DNA of 64,000 nucleotides from NCBI GenBank assembly GCA_029250605.1, contig JAQXEZ010000004.1, positions 35,378-99,377 of the forward strand, written 5' to 3'. Positions 1 to 9,918 of the stretch are shown here, piece after piece (within the stretch, counting starts at the first letter, position 1; every line of letters begins with the position of its first letter). A program made the position numbers and the translations under genes. The DNA is from Candidatus Thalassarchaeaceae archaeon. Its GTDB lineage: Archaea; Thermoplasmatota; Poseidoniia; Poseidoniales; Thalassarchaeaceae. Below the pieces are notes generated by a model. That model saw only the letters and a program-made list of their open reading frames with translations, was not told where the DNA came from and did not search any database.

Positions 1-387
1 CTAAGCGTCGGTACAACTCTCGATTAGGTTCGAGACCAGTATTCGTATGGCGTCTCGTGTTTTTCTGTAGACTTCCCTTTCCCCTCCATGAGGGTCCTCC
101 AAACCCCAGTCCTCGTCTATTGGTAGGGAGGGACAACTCACTCCGCATCCCATGCTGATTATCGCATCGTAATCCCCCGGGTATACTGTGTCTATCTTTT
201 TCGGACGGAGGTCAGAGGTATCAATTCCAACCTCCTCAAGTGCCTCTATGGCAAACTCGGCTACTCGATCGGATTCTGATGCATGGGTCCCGGCCGAAGC
301 AGCCTCGTGCCCAAGATATCTTGCAATGCCCTCAGCCATTTGACTTCGACAGGTATTTCCCACGCAAACGAATAAGAGACGCACCAA
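1..387 (-). CDS. arsC: Arsenate reductase, LMW-phosphatase family (thioredoxin-coupled ArsC type)
   Basis: 128-aa ORF with the CX5R P-loop LFVCVGNTCRSQMAEG and a downstream Cys pair (GCGVSCP) typical of ArsC-type LMW-PTPs. It has a TTG start, and its stop codon lies at the window edge. Confidence 0.7.
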   Translation of the reverse strand: MVRLLFVCVGNTCRSQMAEGIARYLGHEAASAGTHASESDRVAEFAIEALEEVGIDTSDLRPKKIDTVYPGDYDAIISMGCGVSCPSLPIDEDWGLEDPHGGEREVYRKTRDAIRILVSNLIESCTDA

Positions 388-488
388 ACACTCTATGTGT
401 GAGTCACTAATTAATCAATTGATAATTATTAACAATAGAAGAAATAATCCAGAATAGGTTTCAATAATGCCCACTTAAACGGAGTGAT

Positions 489-1502
489 ATGCCGGACTCT
501 CCAGTGTCTCACCATCAGGCTGGTTCCCCTTCCGAATCTCCCGATTCCGGGGCGTCCAATGAGCAGAGGGCTCAGATGGAGCAGGCATATCAACAGATGC
601 AGAGGAAGATGAGAATCAGTAAGATGGATGAGAACATAAAGCACAAGATTATGGTTCTCTCGGGCAAAGGCGGGGTCGGAAAATCAACTGTAGCCACGGG
701 CCTAGCCCTTTCTCTAGCTCGCCAGGGAAAGAAGGTCGGTCTGATGGATATTGATATCACAGGGCCAAACGTCCCAAAGATGCTCGGACTAGACCAAGCC
801 GATCTGAATGTCGAGGAAGGTCGGATTCATCCTGCTGATGGCCCAAGCGGTCTGAAGGTAATCTCGATGGCGTTCTTGTTGGAGGACCCGGACAAACCTG
901 TGATTTGGCGGGGCCCGATTAAACTCGGCGCAATCCAGCAGTTCATCGGAGATGTTGCTTGGGGGGAGTTGGATGCTCTGATTATTGACTTCCCTCCAGG
1001 CACAAGTGACGAGCCTCTTACAGTTAGTCAGAGCCTTCCAGGGATAGATGGGGTCGTAATAGTCACAACTCCTCAGGAAGTCGCTCTTCTAGATAGTCGA
1101 AAATCGATAAACTTCGCCAAAACGATTTCTGTCCCTGTTCTGGGAGTGGTTGAGAACATGAGGGGTTACACTCTGAATGGGACGGCCACGCCCAACTCCA
1201 AGATATCAGTAATGGGTCCCGGCGGAGTGCCGATAGATTGCCACTCTGATGAGGATGGAAAGTGGCAAATCACCCTTGACGTATTCAAGTCAGGAGGAGG
1301 GGAAGAAACCTCGAAAGAGATGGAGGTGCCGTTCCTAGGTTCCCTGCCATTCGACCCCGGAATTGTTAGAGGGGGCGACGATGGTGTTCACAGAATCATC
1401 GCCGAGCCAGACGGAGAAACAGCAAGAGCCTTCGAATTGATAGTGGAACGCGTACTCGAGCAGCTTGACAAGGGCTCTCAGCGTACTCTAAGGATAATCT
1501 GA
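489..1502 (+). CDS. Mrp/NBP35/ApbC-family Fe-S cluster carrier ATPase
   Basis: 337-aa ORF with the deviant Walker A motif VLSGKGGVGKSTVA and a DFPPGTSDE segment, as in the Mrp/NBP35 family. It has a low-complexity N-terminal extension of about 55 aa. Confidence 0.85.
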   Translation: MPDSPVSHHQAGSPSESPDSGASNEQRAQMEQAYQQMQRKMRISKMDENIKHKIMVLSGKGGVGKSTVATGLALSLARQGKKVGLMDIDITGPNVPKMLGLDQADLNVEEGRIHPADGPSGLKVISMAFLLEDPDKPVIWRGPIKLGAIQQFIGDVAWGELDALIIDFPPGTSDEPLTVSQSLPGIDGVVIVTTPQEVALLDSRKSINFAKTISVPVLGVVENMRGYTLNGTATPNSKISVMGPGGVPIDCHSDEDGKWQITLDVFKSGGGEETSKEMEVPFLGSLPFDPGIVRGGDDGVHRIIAEPDGETARAFELIVERVLEQLDKGSQRTLRII

Positions 1503-1556
1503 CCCCCCAATCTTTGCGTTGGCTTGATGACATAGTCTCACTCCCACAAGGTCGTA

Positions 1557-3650
1557 ATGGTTGCTGAAACAGGCATCTACATCACTTGGGTGACTGGAGC
1601 TATTCTGATTAGTATAGCAATGATGCCAGTTTTCAAACCACCCTATGCAAGAATCAGTGCTGACGGCTTCATCGACATGTTCAGAAGATACTGGGCGCAT
1701 ATGGTGGTTGTCTTCTCGGTCTACCTTTGGAAGGATCTGCTCGATGGGCTAGACAGGATTTTGATGGCTAATACCCAACTAGACATGACCTTCCTGGTTT
1801 ATGCAATAGAGGGGGACTCGGTTCTTTGGGTTCAAGAAGGTCTGAGGAGCGACCTCTTGGACGTTTTCATGACCCATTTCTATGTCATGGGATTCATGAC
1901 TGCAACATTCGCTTCATTCGTTTATCCCATTTACTTCGATGACAGACACATGGCTGACAGAGTGTCTCTTTCGATGTTCTGGGTGTACATTTTGGCGATT
2001 CCATTCTACTTGTTCCTTAACGTCAAGGTCACAGGGAACTATGTTGACGGAATGGAGACAATTGCTTACGACCTAACTCCAGAAATCCACAATTGGTTCA
2101 ATAGGATTGATCCATTTACTAATGGAATGCCTAGTTTGCACATTGGTCTGCCGTTTGCAATTTGGCTCTCCATGCACAGATGGGACGAGGACGGAAGATG
2201 GCATAGGTTCCGGAATTTCCTGATTTTATTCATAGGATTGACGTCAGTCTCAATTGTTTACTTGGGGATACATTGGTTCGTTGACATTATTGGGGGGATG
2301 ATCATTGCAATCTTGGCAGTAAATATCACTGCTAGGACGCATGAGCCAATTTGGCGATTCGCTGACGAGAGGCTCTTCACTAGGAGACTAGCCAGGACCC
2401 TTGAAGATCCCCGTGGATCCTTGCTGCGAACTATGCGTTCATGCATCAAGACTCTTGACCCTGTTAAGGAACCGGGCAAGAATCAAACGGGTGCGATCAT
2501 TCTATCTCTCATCATTTTGACAGGATCAGTTCTGCTTTGGGACGTAGCACACCAGAAGATCTCCATAGACGAGGCCGACTCTCCCATATCTGCCTCCGGT
2601 TCGGGAGAGTGGCTTGTGTGGGTCGAAGAATCAGAAGATGGAGTGGTAATAACTGCAGGGAACGTTACTTCAGAGACCAATAGGACCGTGGGCGGACAGC
2701 AATGGGCAGAAACTCCCAAGGTTGTTTCATCTGGCGACAGTTTCGTTATTTTCGACAATCACAGTGTCGATTACTTTGAGCATAATCAGGGCTCGGGAGT
2801 TCTTCGTCCAATTTTCGCAGAGAATTCAGACGAGGAAATTATTGACATAGCAATTTCCATCGATTCCAATGGAGGGAAGCATCTTGCAATCCTCTCATCC
2901 ACTAACCTCCAGCTAGTTGATACTTTAGACAAGTCAACCAATATTGTAGAATTGCATACTAACTCCTCAGTAGTTGCTTCATCAGGAGCCCTTGTAGCAA
3001 TCTCAGAAACATCGGATGCAGGACCACTCGTCAATATCACTTCCATTGATTCGGATCTCACAATTTCCATCCTTCTAGACCCCAAGTCTTCCGAACGAAT
3101 CGAAGAGTCAATAGTGAATTCGGGAACCTACCTTGATTTCCAGAATTCCACAATCGTAGACCTCGTAATGGACTCTAATTGGCTTGTAGCTACAGTTGAC
3201 ATCGGCCCATTCAACAGAACCGTAATAGTTGACACCCTTTCCATTAATCAGTCCCTCATTTCCAATCCACGTTGGGACTCATCATCCCCCAGTATTGGGG
3301 ATGGAAGAGTTGCTTTCCTTCAAGTGACTAGAGATGACATCATCTCAACCGCAAGCTCCTCTCAGAGGAACAACGATGTCTACGTTCACGAATTGGAATC
3401 CGGGGAAACCAAGCAATACACCTTTGACGAAGAAATTTCTCAGTCCCAGCCACAGATATTGTTCGAGAGGTTAGCTTGGATCGAAATCAACGAAGATGGA
3501 GAAAAGGAACTACTAGTGCAATCGTTCACCGACACAATCGAGCCAAGGAACTCACTCCTCCTCCAGGCTTCTATCCTGGCCATGATTCCGCTGATTTTCT
3601 TATGGACCCTACAGTCATACGGAACCGAGAAGATCACTCAGCGAGCCTGA
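1557..3650 (+). CDS. Multi-pass membrane protein with a PAP2-superfamily (PAP2_3/Aur1-like) domain, a large extracytoplasmic repeat domain and a C-terminal TM anchor
   Basis: 697-aa ORF. The N-terminal half is hydrophobic and carries the paired motifs MPSLHIG and GIHWFVDIIGG. The C-terminal ~350 aa are rich in Ser, Asp and Asn, look beta-strand-like, and end in a TM helix. Confidence 0.55.
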   Translation: MVAETGIYITWVTGAILISIAMMPVFKPPYARISADGFIDMFRRYWAHMVVVFSVYLWKDLLDGLDRILMANTQLDMTFLVYAIEGDSVLWVQEGLRSDLLDVFMTHFYVMGFMTATFASFVYPIYFDDRHMADRVSLSMFWVYILAIPFYLFLNVKVTGNYVDGMETIAYDLTPEIHNWFNRIDPFTNGMPSLHIGLPFAIWLSMHRWDEDGRWHRFRNFLILFIGLTSVSIVYLGIHWFVDIIGGMIIAILAVNITARTHEPIWRFADERLFTRRLARTLEDPRGSLLRTMRSCIKTLDPVKEPGKNQTGAIILSLIILTGSVLLWDVAHQKISIDEADSPISASGSGEWLVWVEESEDGVVITAGNVTSETNRTVGGQQWAETPKVVSSGDSFVIFDNHSVDYFEHNQGSGVLRPIFAENSDEEIIDIAISIDSNGGKHLAILSSTNLQLVDTLDKSTNIVELHTNSSVVASSGALVAISETSDAGPLVNITSIDSDLTISILLDPKSSERIEESIVNSGTYLDFQNSTIVDLVMDSNWLVATVDIGPFNRTVIVDTLSINQSLISNPRWDSSSPSIGDGRVAFLQVTRDDIISTASSSQRNNDVYVHELESGETKQYTFDEEISQSQPQILFERLAWIEINEDGEKELLVQSFTDTIEPRNSLLLQASILAMIPLIFLWTLQSYGTEKITQRA

Positions 3651-4719
3651 ACATCTCATCCAGGCTTTTCGAGGCTCTCTTCAGCGTCCCTTCTGGGATA
3701 TCTATAATCTGCTCCGGATATGGGTCAATTAGTACCTGAAGGATGTCCTCCAACTGGGTCTTCTTCATGTGCTTGCACATCACGCATGCCCCCATCAAAT
3801 TCAGATTACCCTCTGTCTCAGCTAGGACTCTGTCAGCAGTACCGCATTCCGTTATCAGCATCATGTCCCTATTGCCGATACTAGCTAGACGCTTTGCCTC
3901 GTTCATCAGCAACTCGCTACTACCTACGAAGTCACTTTCTTCAAGCACCTCCGAATCACACTCAGGATGACTTAGAACCTTCAGATCGACCCCATTCTCT
4001 GACATGTTCTTCTTCCAGTTCCTTATTTTTGGCCCAGTAAACTCTGCATGGACCTCGCATTCGCCGTCATAGAGTATCACTTCCTTCTTGCCCCAAAGTG
4101 AATTCTGCAGGTGCCTTCCCATGAATTTGTCAGGTACGAAGATCAAACTATCACCCGGCAACCTCTCACAAATTCTGAGATAATTGCTACTTGTTACGCA
4201 TACATCACACTCAGCCTTTACCGCGGCACTGGTGTTGATGTAGCATACAACCGGCACACCTGGGTTGTCCTCCTTCATCCTGATTACATCTTCTGCCTCT
4301 ATGCTATCACTCAGGGAGCATCCCGCATCTGGGGATGGGTGCAGCACGGTCTTGTTGGGGCTGACTATCTTCGCTGTCTCGGCCATAAATCTGACACTGG
4401 AGAACAGAATTGTCTGTTGAGGCGCATCTCGGGCCTCCTTTGAGAGGGCATAACTATCGGCAACAGAGTCTGCTACTCCATAGGTGATGTCAGGTGTCTG
4501 ATACGAGTGGGCAATTAGGAAAACGTCTTTCTCCTTCTTGAGGCGATTGATCTCAAGGGTTAGTGGGGCTAGGGATCTGCATACCTCCATGCTCCAACGC
4601 ATTGGTTGCCTGATTGCATACTGGAGCCTTACTGCTTCCTTGTCTATCTCCGACTCAGAATAGCCGAAATTCCCCAAGAAAACCCTTGGGATCGGGGCGG
4701 AGGGCATGTCCAGAACCAT
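3634..4719 (-). CDS. nadA: Quinolinate synthase
   Basis: 361-aa ORF with NadA-like motifs LIAHSYQ, SVRFMAETAKI and LSHPECDSEV..DFVGSS. Confidence 0.8.
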   Translation of the reverse strand: MVLDMPSAPIPRVFLGNFGYSESEIDKEAVRLQYAIRQPMRWSMEVCRSLAPLTLEINRLKKEKDVFLIAHSYQTPDITYGVADSVADSYALSKEARDAPQQTILFSSVRFMAETAKIVSPNKTVLHPSPDAGCSLSDSIEAEDVIRMKEDNPGVPVVCYINTSAAVKAECDVCVTSSNYLRICERLPGDSLIFVPDKFMGRHLQNSLWGKKEVILYDGECEVHAEFTGPKIRNWKKNMSENGVDLKVLSHPECDSEVLEESDFVGSSELLMNEAKRLASIGNRDMMLITECGTADRVLAETEGNLNLMGACVMCKHMKKTQLEDILQVLIDPYPEQIIDIPEGTLKRASKSLDEMFRLAE

Positions 4720-4798
4720 GTCTACCGGTCAATCGTCTGAGTGCAACCGCTTTCAAGTCATCTGGCATCGGATTTGCATGGCGAGCGGAGGGGTTCCA

Positions 4799-5443
4799 AT
4801 GTGGAAACCCGATAAAGTGCTCCACGAGGGGGCAGAGGCGACTGTTACCGCAGGCTCTTGGCTGGGGAGGAAAGCAGTCCTCAAGTCTCGAAGGGCTCGT
4901 TCTTACAGGCATCCAGATCTCGATCGCAGACTAACAAGGCAAAGATTGGCAGTTGAGGCTAGAGTACTATCCCGGCTATCTTCAGTTGGATTCCCATCTC
5001 CGAAACTGATGTTCTTGGATCAGCGCAATTCATCCATGCTTCTATCCAAAATAGAAGGGATGACCCTCTATGACTTGCTCAAGTCTGTCGATTATTCTGG
5101 TGACGAACTCTTCTCCCTCGGCAGTTTGATTCGCAGACTCCATGAGACGGGAATATCTCATGGCGATTTGACTACACATAACGTAATGTCAACCAACGAG
5201 GGGGATCTTCACCTCATTGACTTCGGTTTGTCTAGGCAATCCCCAGAATTGGAACACATGGGTCTCGACCTACAGGTACTCCGGGAATGCCTCGGCGCCA
5301 GTCATTCGGAAATTGATGGCGCCATCGACAGGGTCTGTAAAGGATACATGGAAGCCCAATCTCTCAACGACGATGCAGAGAGTGCGGAAAATGTGATAGA
5401 ACGCTTTCGCAAAATCGCAGGTAGAGTCAGGTATCACGGCTAG
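4799..5443 (+). CDS. bud32: Bud32/Kae1-associated serine-threonine kinase (stand-alone)
   Basis: Small RIO/Bud32-like kinase with catalytic HGDLTTHNVM and IDFGLS motifs. I chose the internal ATG at 4799. The ORF-track start at 4706 overlaps the divergent nadA start. Confidence 0.7.
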   Translation: MWKPDKVLHEGAEATVTAGSWLGRKAVLKSRRARSYRHPDLDRRLTRQRLAVEARVLSRLSSVGFPSPKLMFLDQRNSSMLLSKIEGMTLYDLLKSVDYSGDELFSLGSLIRRLHETGISHGDLTTHNVMSTNEGDLHLIDFGLSRQSPELEHMGLDLQVLRECLGASHSEIDGAIDRVCKGYMEAQSLNDDAESAENVIERFRKIAGRVRYHG

Positions 5444-5453
5444 GGTTGATAAA

Positions 5454-6047
5454 ATGCATATTCTTTTCGCTACTGGAAACAAACACAAAGTTTCAGAGGC
5501 GTCGGAAATTCTAACTCATCTCGGATATGGGGTGGGGCAATTGCTAATTCGGGGAAAGGCTCCGAAACTCATTGAGCCCCAGGCAGAAGGAATAGAGGAA
5601 GTTGCAATTTCCAAGATCAAGCAAGCGAGAGAGTTGGTGTTGGGTACGGAGCTAGAGGGCTCGATTATCTTAGCAGAGGACTCAGGCCTGTTCATCGATT
5701 CACTCAAGGGGTTTCCAGGCCCCTACTCATCGTATGTCGAGAACACTATCGGATTGCCCGGGATTCTACAACTAATGTCATCAGAGACTGGTAGGAGGGC
5801 CGAGTTCAGGGCCATCGCAGCAGCATACATAGACGGGAACATCGTCATCGGAACCGGGATCTGCACAGGCGCGATATCCGAAGAGATTTCCGGAGAAATG
5901 GGCTTTGGATACGATCCAATTTTCATTCCCGATGATGGTGATGGCAGAACTTGCGGCGAGATGTCTTCTAAGGAAAAATCATCAATTTCGCACAGAGGTA
6001 GAGCCCTTAAGGCGGTCTCAGAACTCCTCAATCCCCCGTCAAAGTGA
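5454..6047 (+). CDS. rdgB: Non-canonical purine NTP pyrophosphatase (HAM1/RdgB/ITPase family)
   Basis: 197-aa ORF with ATGNKHK near the N-terminus, EDSGL, GFGYDPIF and SHRG motifs. Confidence 0.85.
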   Translation: MHILFATGNKHKVSEASEILTHLGYGVGQLLIRGKAPKLIEPQAEGIEEVAISKIKQARELVLGTELEGSIILAEDSGLFIDSLKGFPGPYSSYVENTIGLPGILQLMSSETGRRAEFRAIAAAYIDGNIVIGTGICTGAISEEISGEMGFGYDPIFIPDDGDGRTCGEMSSKEKSSISHRGRALKAVSELLNPPSK

Positions 6048-6973
6048 ATAGAAGCAGTCCTCCGTGCCGTACTAGAATGGCTACGGCAACTAGGCTTCTT
6101 CTGATTGCAATGAGCATCGTTTCAATACCCATTTACCTCGTATTCATTGTTCCAGAGGGTCTAATCATGCAGGCTGCAGGAGCAGTGTTGATTCTACTAA
6201 TTATCTCAATGATACTTTTCACCGGTAGGAGGCCAATCCCTTCAACAAAGAAGAAAGATCCAGTTTTCATCGATCAAGAGTCCGACTTCGGCGACATAGA
6301 ATTGCCTCCTCCAGTTCACTCGGAGGAGTCATTGGAAGAAGTCCGTGCCTCAAAAATTCGAAGGAGTAGAGGTAGGAAGAACGTCTCAGAGATTCCCGCT
6401 CCAGCGATTCCAGACCCATCCCCAATTCCATCTCCCGGCATCTCCCTAGACACTCCATTAATCACTGCCGAATCAGATGTAGATGTCGAAGGTACAGCTA
6501 GAGTCCATATCGCAAACTCTGATCCTGAGCTTCAAGCCGAAGCCGAAGTCGATCTTTACCTCGCCCAACAGAGGGAGAGAAGAGAAATTTTCAGAGATCG
6601 ACTTCATCGTGAAAGACGACTAGAAATGTCCAAGCGAGTAGCCGATGAAGCCAGAAAGTGGGCACAGGTTGAGGACGGGGAAGACCTCTCTACCCTGACA
6701 AGTATCCCTGGGCATGGCTTAGCCGTCTTTTACGAACCAGAAGAACCCGACCCCTCTATTCCCCAGGGGGTTTCTTATGTCCGGATAGATGATGAGAGAG
6801 TACTGAAGGTCAGGATTTCCTTGGATGTGCCTAGATTGGAACCCATCACCTCTGAAGAAGAAATGATCGAATCTCGAGACATTGACTCACTCCCTCCCCT
6901 CCCTACTCCGGAGATGCCGATGCCACCGCCTCCTTTGCCAGATCTTCCCCCTCCAATCGGGTCAGAAGACTAG
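6044..6973 (+). CDS. Hypothetical membrane protein with a Pro-rich C-terminus
   Basis: 309-aa ORF that overlaps the upstream gene by 4 nt. It has two N-terminal TM helices, a charged helical middle and a PPLPTPEMPMPPPPLPDLPPP tail. No family was recognised. Confidence 0.45.
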   Translation: MNRSSPPCRTRMATATRLLLIAMSIVSIPIYLVFIVPEGLIMQAAGAVLILLIISMILFTGRRPIPSTKKKDPVFIDQESDFGDIELPPPVHSEESLEEVRASKIRRSRGRKNVSEIPAPAIPDPSPIPSPGISLDTPLITAESDVDVEGTARVHIANSDPELQAEAEVDLYLAQQRERREIFRDRLHRERRLEMSKRVADEARKWAQVEDGEDLSTLTSIPGHGLAVFYEPEEPDPSIPQGVSYVRIDDERVLKVRISLDVPRLEPITSEEEMIESRDIDSLPPLPTPEMPMPPPPLPDLPPPIGSED

Positions 6974-7014
6974 CCCTGTGATACGTTGAAGCGATATGTC
7001 GTGTCCGGCATAGC

Positions 7015-7851
7015 ATGACAGAGGATGTAATGACGGTCGAGGACATCGTAGTTGACGGCTCAAGTCCTGAAGGGGGGGTAATCTCAGTTTGGACACTCAA
7101 TAGGCCCGACAAACTCAATGCGCTTAATGCAGAGTCACACAGAGCCATCAAGGAGGCTTCGGCCAGAGCGAACTCAGATGACTCCGTCCGCTGTATCGTC
7201 ATCAGGGGGGCCCCTCCACCAGAGGCAGAGGAGGGAAAGAGGCCTAAGCCACATGCATTTGCAGCAGGTGCGGATATCTCGGAGTTCGCCGGAAAGGACT
7301 CGGATGACGTCCGCCCATTCTTCGAGGACAATGCTTGGGAAGCGGTTTGGAACATTTCCAAGCCAACTATAGCGATGGTAGACGGATTCGCACTAGGAGG
7401 GGGTACTGAGTTAGCACTCTCCTGCGATATCCGCATTGCTTCTAATAGGTCCACATTCGGACAACCCGAGATCAATCTTGGACTCATTCCAGGAGGGGGT
7501 GGGACTCAGAGACTATGCAGGCTAATTGGATATGGCAGGACCATGGAGATCGTACTCTCCGGAGGCATGGTGCAGGCCGAGGAAGCACTCAAAATGGGGA
7601 TCGTCAACAGAATGGTATCTCCGGAGGAACTTGAATCTGAAACCATGAATCTTGCAGAGGAGATCTCCCGAAAGTCACCATACACAACCAAGGTCGCAAA
7701 GCGCGTAGTAAGGGGTGCATTGGAATTGCCCTTCTCCGAGGGCGTTCTAATGGAACGTTCGGAGTTCGTGGCCTTATTCGATACCGAGGACAAGGAAGTT
7801 GGCGTTAGAGCATTCTTAGAACGGTCAGAAGCAGATTGGGTCGGAAGATAG
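7015..7851 (+). CDS. Enoyl-CoA hydratase/isomerase (crotonase) family
   Basis: 278-aa ORF with crotonase-fold motifs (AFAAGADISEF, VDGFALGGGTELALSCDIRIA, GQPEINLGLIPGGGGTQRL). Confidence 0.85.
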   Translation: MTEDVMTVEDIVVDGSSPEGGVISVWTLNRPDKLNALNAESHRAIKEASARANSDDSVRCIVIRGAPPPEAEEGKRPKPHAFAAGADISEFAGKDSDDVRPFFEDNAWEAVWNISKPTIAMVDGFALGGGTELALSCDIRIASNRSTFGQPEINLGLIPGGGGTQRLCRLIGYGRTMEIVLSGGMVQAEEALKMGIVNRMVSPEELESETMNLAEEISRKSPYTTKVAKRVVRGALELPFSEGVLMERSEFVALFDTEDKEVGVRAFLERSEADWVGR

Positions 7852-7855
7852 AGAT

Positions 7856-8440
7856 CTATCCAAGGCTATTGGATATGATTCCAGAAGCGTCGCTTTCCTT
7901 CGTAGGGTCTACGAGTAACCATTCTGACTGAGAGCCAGAAACAACCAGATTTTCCTGTATCCCTCTGATTCTATCCAAGTTGCCCAAGTAGTGATCGACC
8001 TGCTTCCCGTTGTGCTTCTCTCGGTTAGCGATCATTCCCCTGTGCATATTCTCACTGGTAACGTATAGTACCACGCCGGTGGCAATCCCGCCAGCATCAC
8101 GCCATTCGTCAATTATCTCCTTGTTGGGGATATAATGAACCCCTTCCAGAAGCAGATCACCCCTCTTTTCTAGTGCCCTCTGGATGACTGCCCGTATTCC
8201 CTCGGAAACAGCTTCGACCGTCTCCCCCCAGTCTTCAACTGCCGAACCACCAGCCGGCTCAAATGACGATCTGTGAAGTGATGGTTTTTCCGATGATGTG
8301 AGTTGTGTTCTGAGTACCTCTCTCACTGTATCCGTTGAGGCAACTTTACTGAAATTGAGTATTGAGGCCAGTTTTGCAGACATTGTAGACTTCCCGACAC
8401 CGCTAGTTCCAACGATGATCAGGAGTCTCGGTACTACCAT
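7856..8440 (-). CDS. P-loop kinase, 2-phosphoglycerate kinase-like (COG2074-type)
   Basis: 194-aa ORF with the P-loop GTSGVGKST followed by STDTVREVLR, a pattern I associate with archaeal 2-phosphoglycerate kinase. The family assignment is tentative. Confidence 0.5.
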   Translation of the reverse strand: MVVPRLLIIVGTSGVGKSTMSAKLASILNFSKVASTDTVREVLRTQLTSSEKPSLHRSSFEPAGGSAVEDWGETVEAVSEGIRAVIQRALEKRGDLLLEGVHYIPNKEIIDEWRDAGGIATGVVLYVTSENMHRGMIANREKHNGKQVDHYLGNLDRIRGIQENLVVSGSQSEWLLVDPTKESDASGIISNSLG

Positions 8441-8448
8441 CGAATCAC

Positions 8449-9912
8449 CTAACGCTGAATCGACTTCGTCTCGAGGAACTCTTCCATTCCATGGATGCCC
8501 AACTCTCTCCCCAATCCTGACTTCTTGTAACCGCCGAAAGGGGCTGTGATATTGAATGCGCCACCGTTGATGCTGACTTGCCCGGTTCTCAATTTTCTAG
8601 CGATATTCATTGCCCTGGCCTCGTCGCCAGACCAAACCCCTCCAGAGAGTCCGTATTCTGAGTCGTTGGCTAGTTCGATCGCCTCCTCCTCGCTGGAGTA
8701 TGTAGTGATGCAGAGAACAGGGCCAAAGATCTCCTCTCTGAATACAGTCATCTCTGGAGTCACATCGGCGAAGACGGTGGGCCTGACGTAGAATCCAGAA
8801 TCCAAACCATCTGGCATGCCCTCTCCACCAGCGACCAATGTAGCACCCTCGTCGATTCCAGTTGAGATGTATCTAGAAACACTCTCTTGCTGCCTTTTCG
8901 AGACAAGCGGTCCACACTTGCTAGTCCCTTCCATCGGGTCTCCGACGGTATAGCGACCGATCTTGCTCGAGATTATTTCCACTACCTCTTCTCTGGAATC
9001 TTCTGGAATCAACAATCGGGTCAATGCCGAGCACTCTTGTCCGGAGTTCCCGAAGCAGGAGTAAATTGCCGAGGAAGCAGCCCTTGGTATGTCTGCGTCG
9101 TCAAGGACGATGTTCGCACTCTTCCCACCAAGCTCCAACGTCACCCTCTTGACACTCGGAGCCGCCAACTCTGACACCCTTATGCCAGCATTCGTGGATC
9201 CGGTGAAGCTGACCATGTCCACTTCGGGGTGACTTGCCAGTGTCTCTCCGATTTCCCTGCCATGTCCCGAAATCAGATTGAACACTCCATTTGGAAGGCC
9301 GATTTCATCCAGAATGTCTGCGAGGACAAATGCATTCAGCGGGGCTTCCTTGGAGGGCTTCAGCACCATCGTGCACCCAGCTGCTATCGCAGGAGCGACC
9401 TTGCCAATTATCTGGTGTAGGGGGAAGTTCCAGGGGGTGATCATTGCCACCACTCCTATTGCCTCCTTCACTACGATTGAGTTTCTGACTTCCACTTCCC
9501 AGACAAAACTATCCAGAATCTTGGCATACGACCTAGAGACAACTCTGGGAGTACCGACCATTGCCATTCGGGAGTATTCTATCGGAGTCCCCACCTCAGA
9601 TGTGATTAGTTCCGCCATTTCTTCCCCTCTGTCCTTTAACGCCGAGGAAAGCAGATTGAGGTAGTTCGACCTCTCTTCGACCGTTGATTCCGACCAACTG
9701 GTGAATGCAGCCCTCGCGGCCTCTACGGCAGCATTTGCATCTGACTCGTTGCCTACTGGCACCGAGCCGATGATTTTCTCAGTAGATGGATTGACCACTT
9801 CTATGGTGCCCTCGCCATTGGGCTCGACCCAAGATCCATCGATGTAGAGGTGCTGGCGTTCGTGCATGTTTGACCCAGACTGCACCGTCTTATGATATTC
9901 ATGCAAATTCAA
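8449..9912 (-). CDS. NAD(P)-dependent aldehyde dehydrogenase
   Basis: 487-aa ORF with ALDH motifs VTLELGGKSANIV and FGNSGQECSA (catalytic Cys) and PFGGYKKSG near the C-terminus. Confidence 0.9.
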   Translation of the reverse strand: MNLHEYHKTVQSGSNMHERQHLYIDGSWVEPNGEGTIEVVNPSTEKIIGSVPVGNESDANAAVEAARAAFTSWSESTVEERSNYLNLLSSALKDRGEEMAELITSEVGTPIEYSRMAMVGTPRVVSRSYAKILDSFVWEVEVRNSIVVKEAIGVVAMITPWNFPLHQIIGKVAPAIAAGCTMVLKPSKEAPLNAFVLADILDEIGLPNGVFNLISGHGREIGETLASHPEVDMVSFTGSTNAGIRVSELAAPSVKRVTLELGGKSANIVLDDADIPRAASSAIYSCFGNSGQECSALTRLLIPEDSREEVVEIISSKIGRYTVGDPMEGTSKCGPLVSKRQQESVSRYISTGIDEGATLVAGGEGMPDGLDSGFYVRPTVFADVTPEMTVFREEIFGPVLCITTYSSEEEAIELANDSEYGLSGGVWSGDEARAMNIARKLRTGQVSINGGAFNITAPFGGYKKSGLGRELGIHGMEEFLETKSIQR

Positions 9913-9918
9913 TAGAGC

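Noticed and set aside
414-423. 10-bp perfect palindrome ATCAATTGAT in the arsC / mrp divergent promoter region
   Set aside because: It is short, lies in a very AT-rich spacer where such palindromes arise by chance, and I found no second copy. It could be an operator, but the evidence is too thin.
4706-4798. N-terminal 31-aa extension of the Bud32 ORF
   Set aside because: The extension overlaps the divergent nadA start codon region and has no kinase-related sequence. The internal ATG at 4799 gives a normal Bud32 N-terminus.
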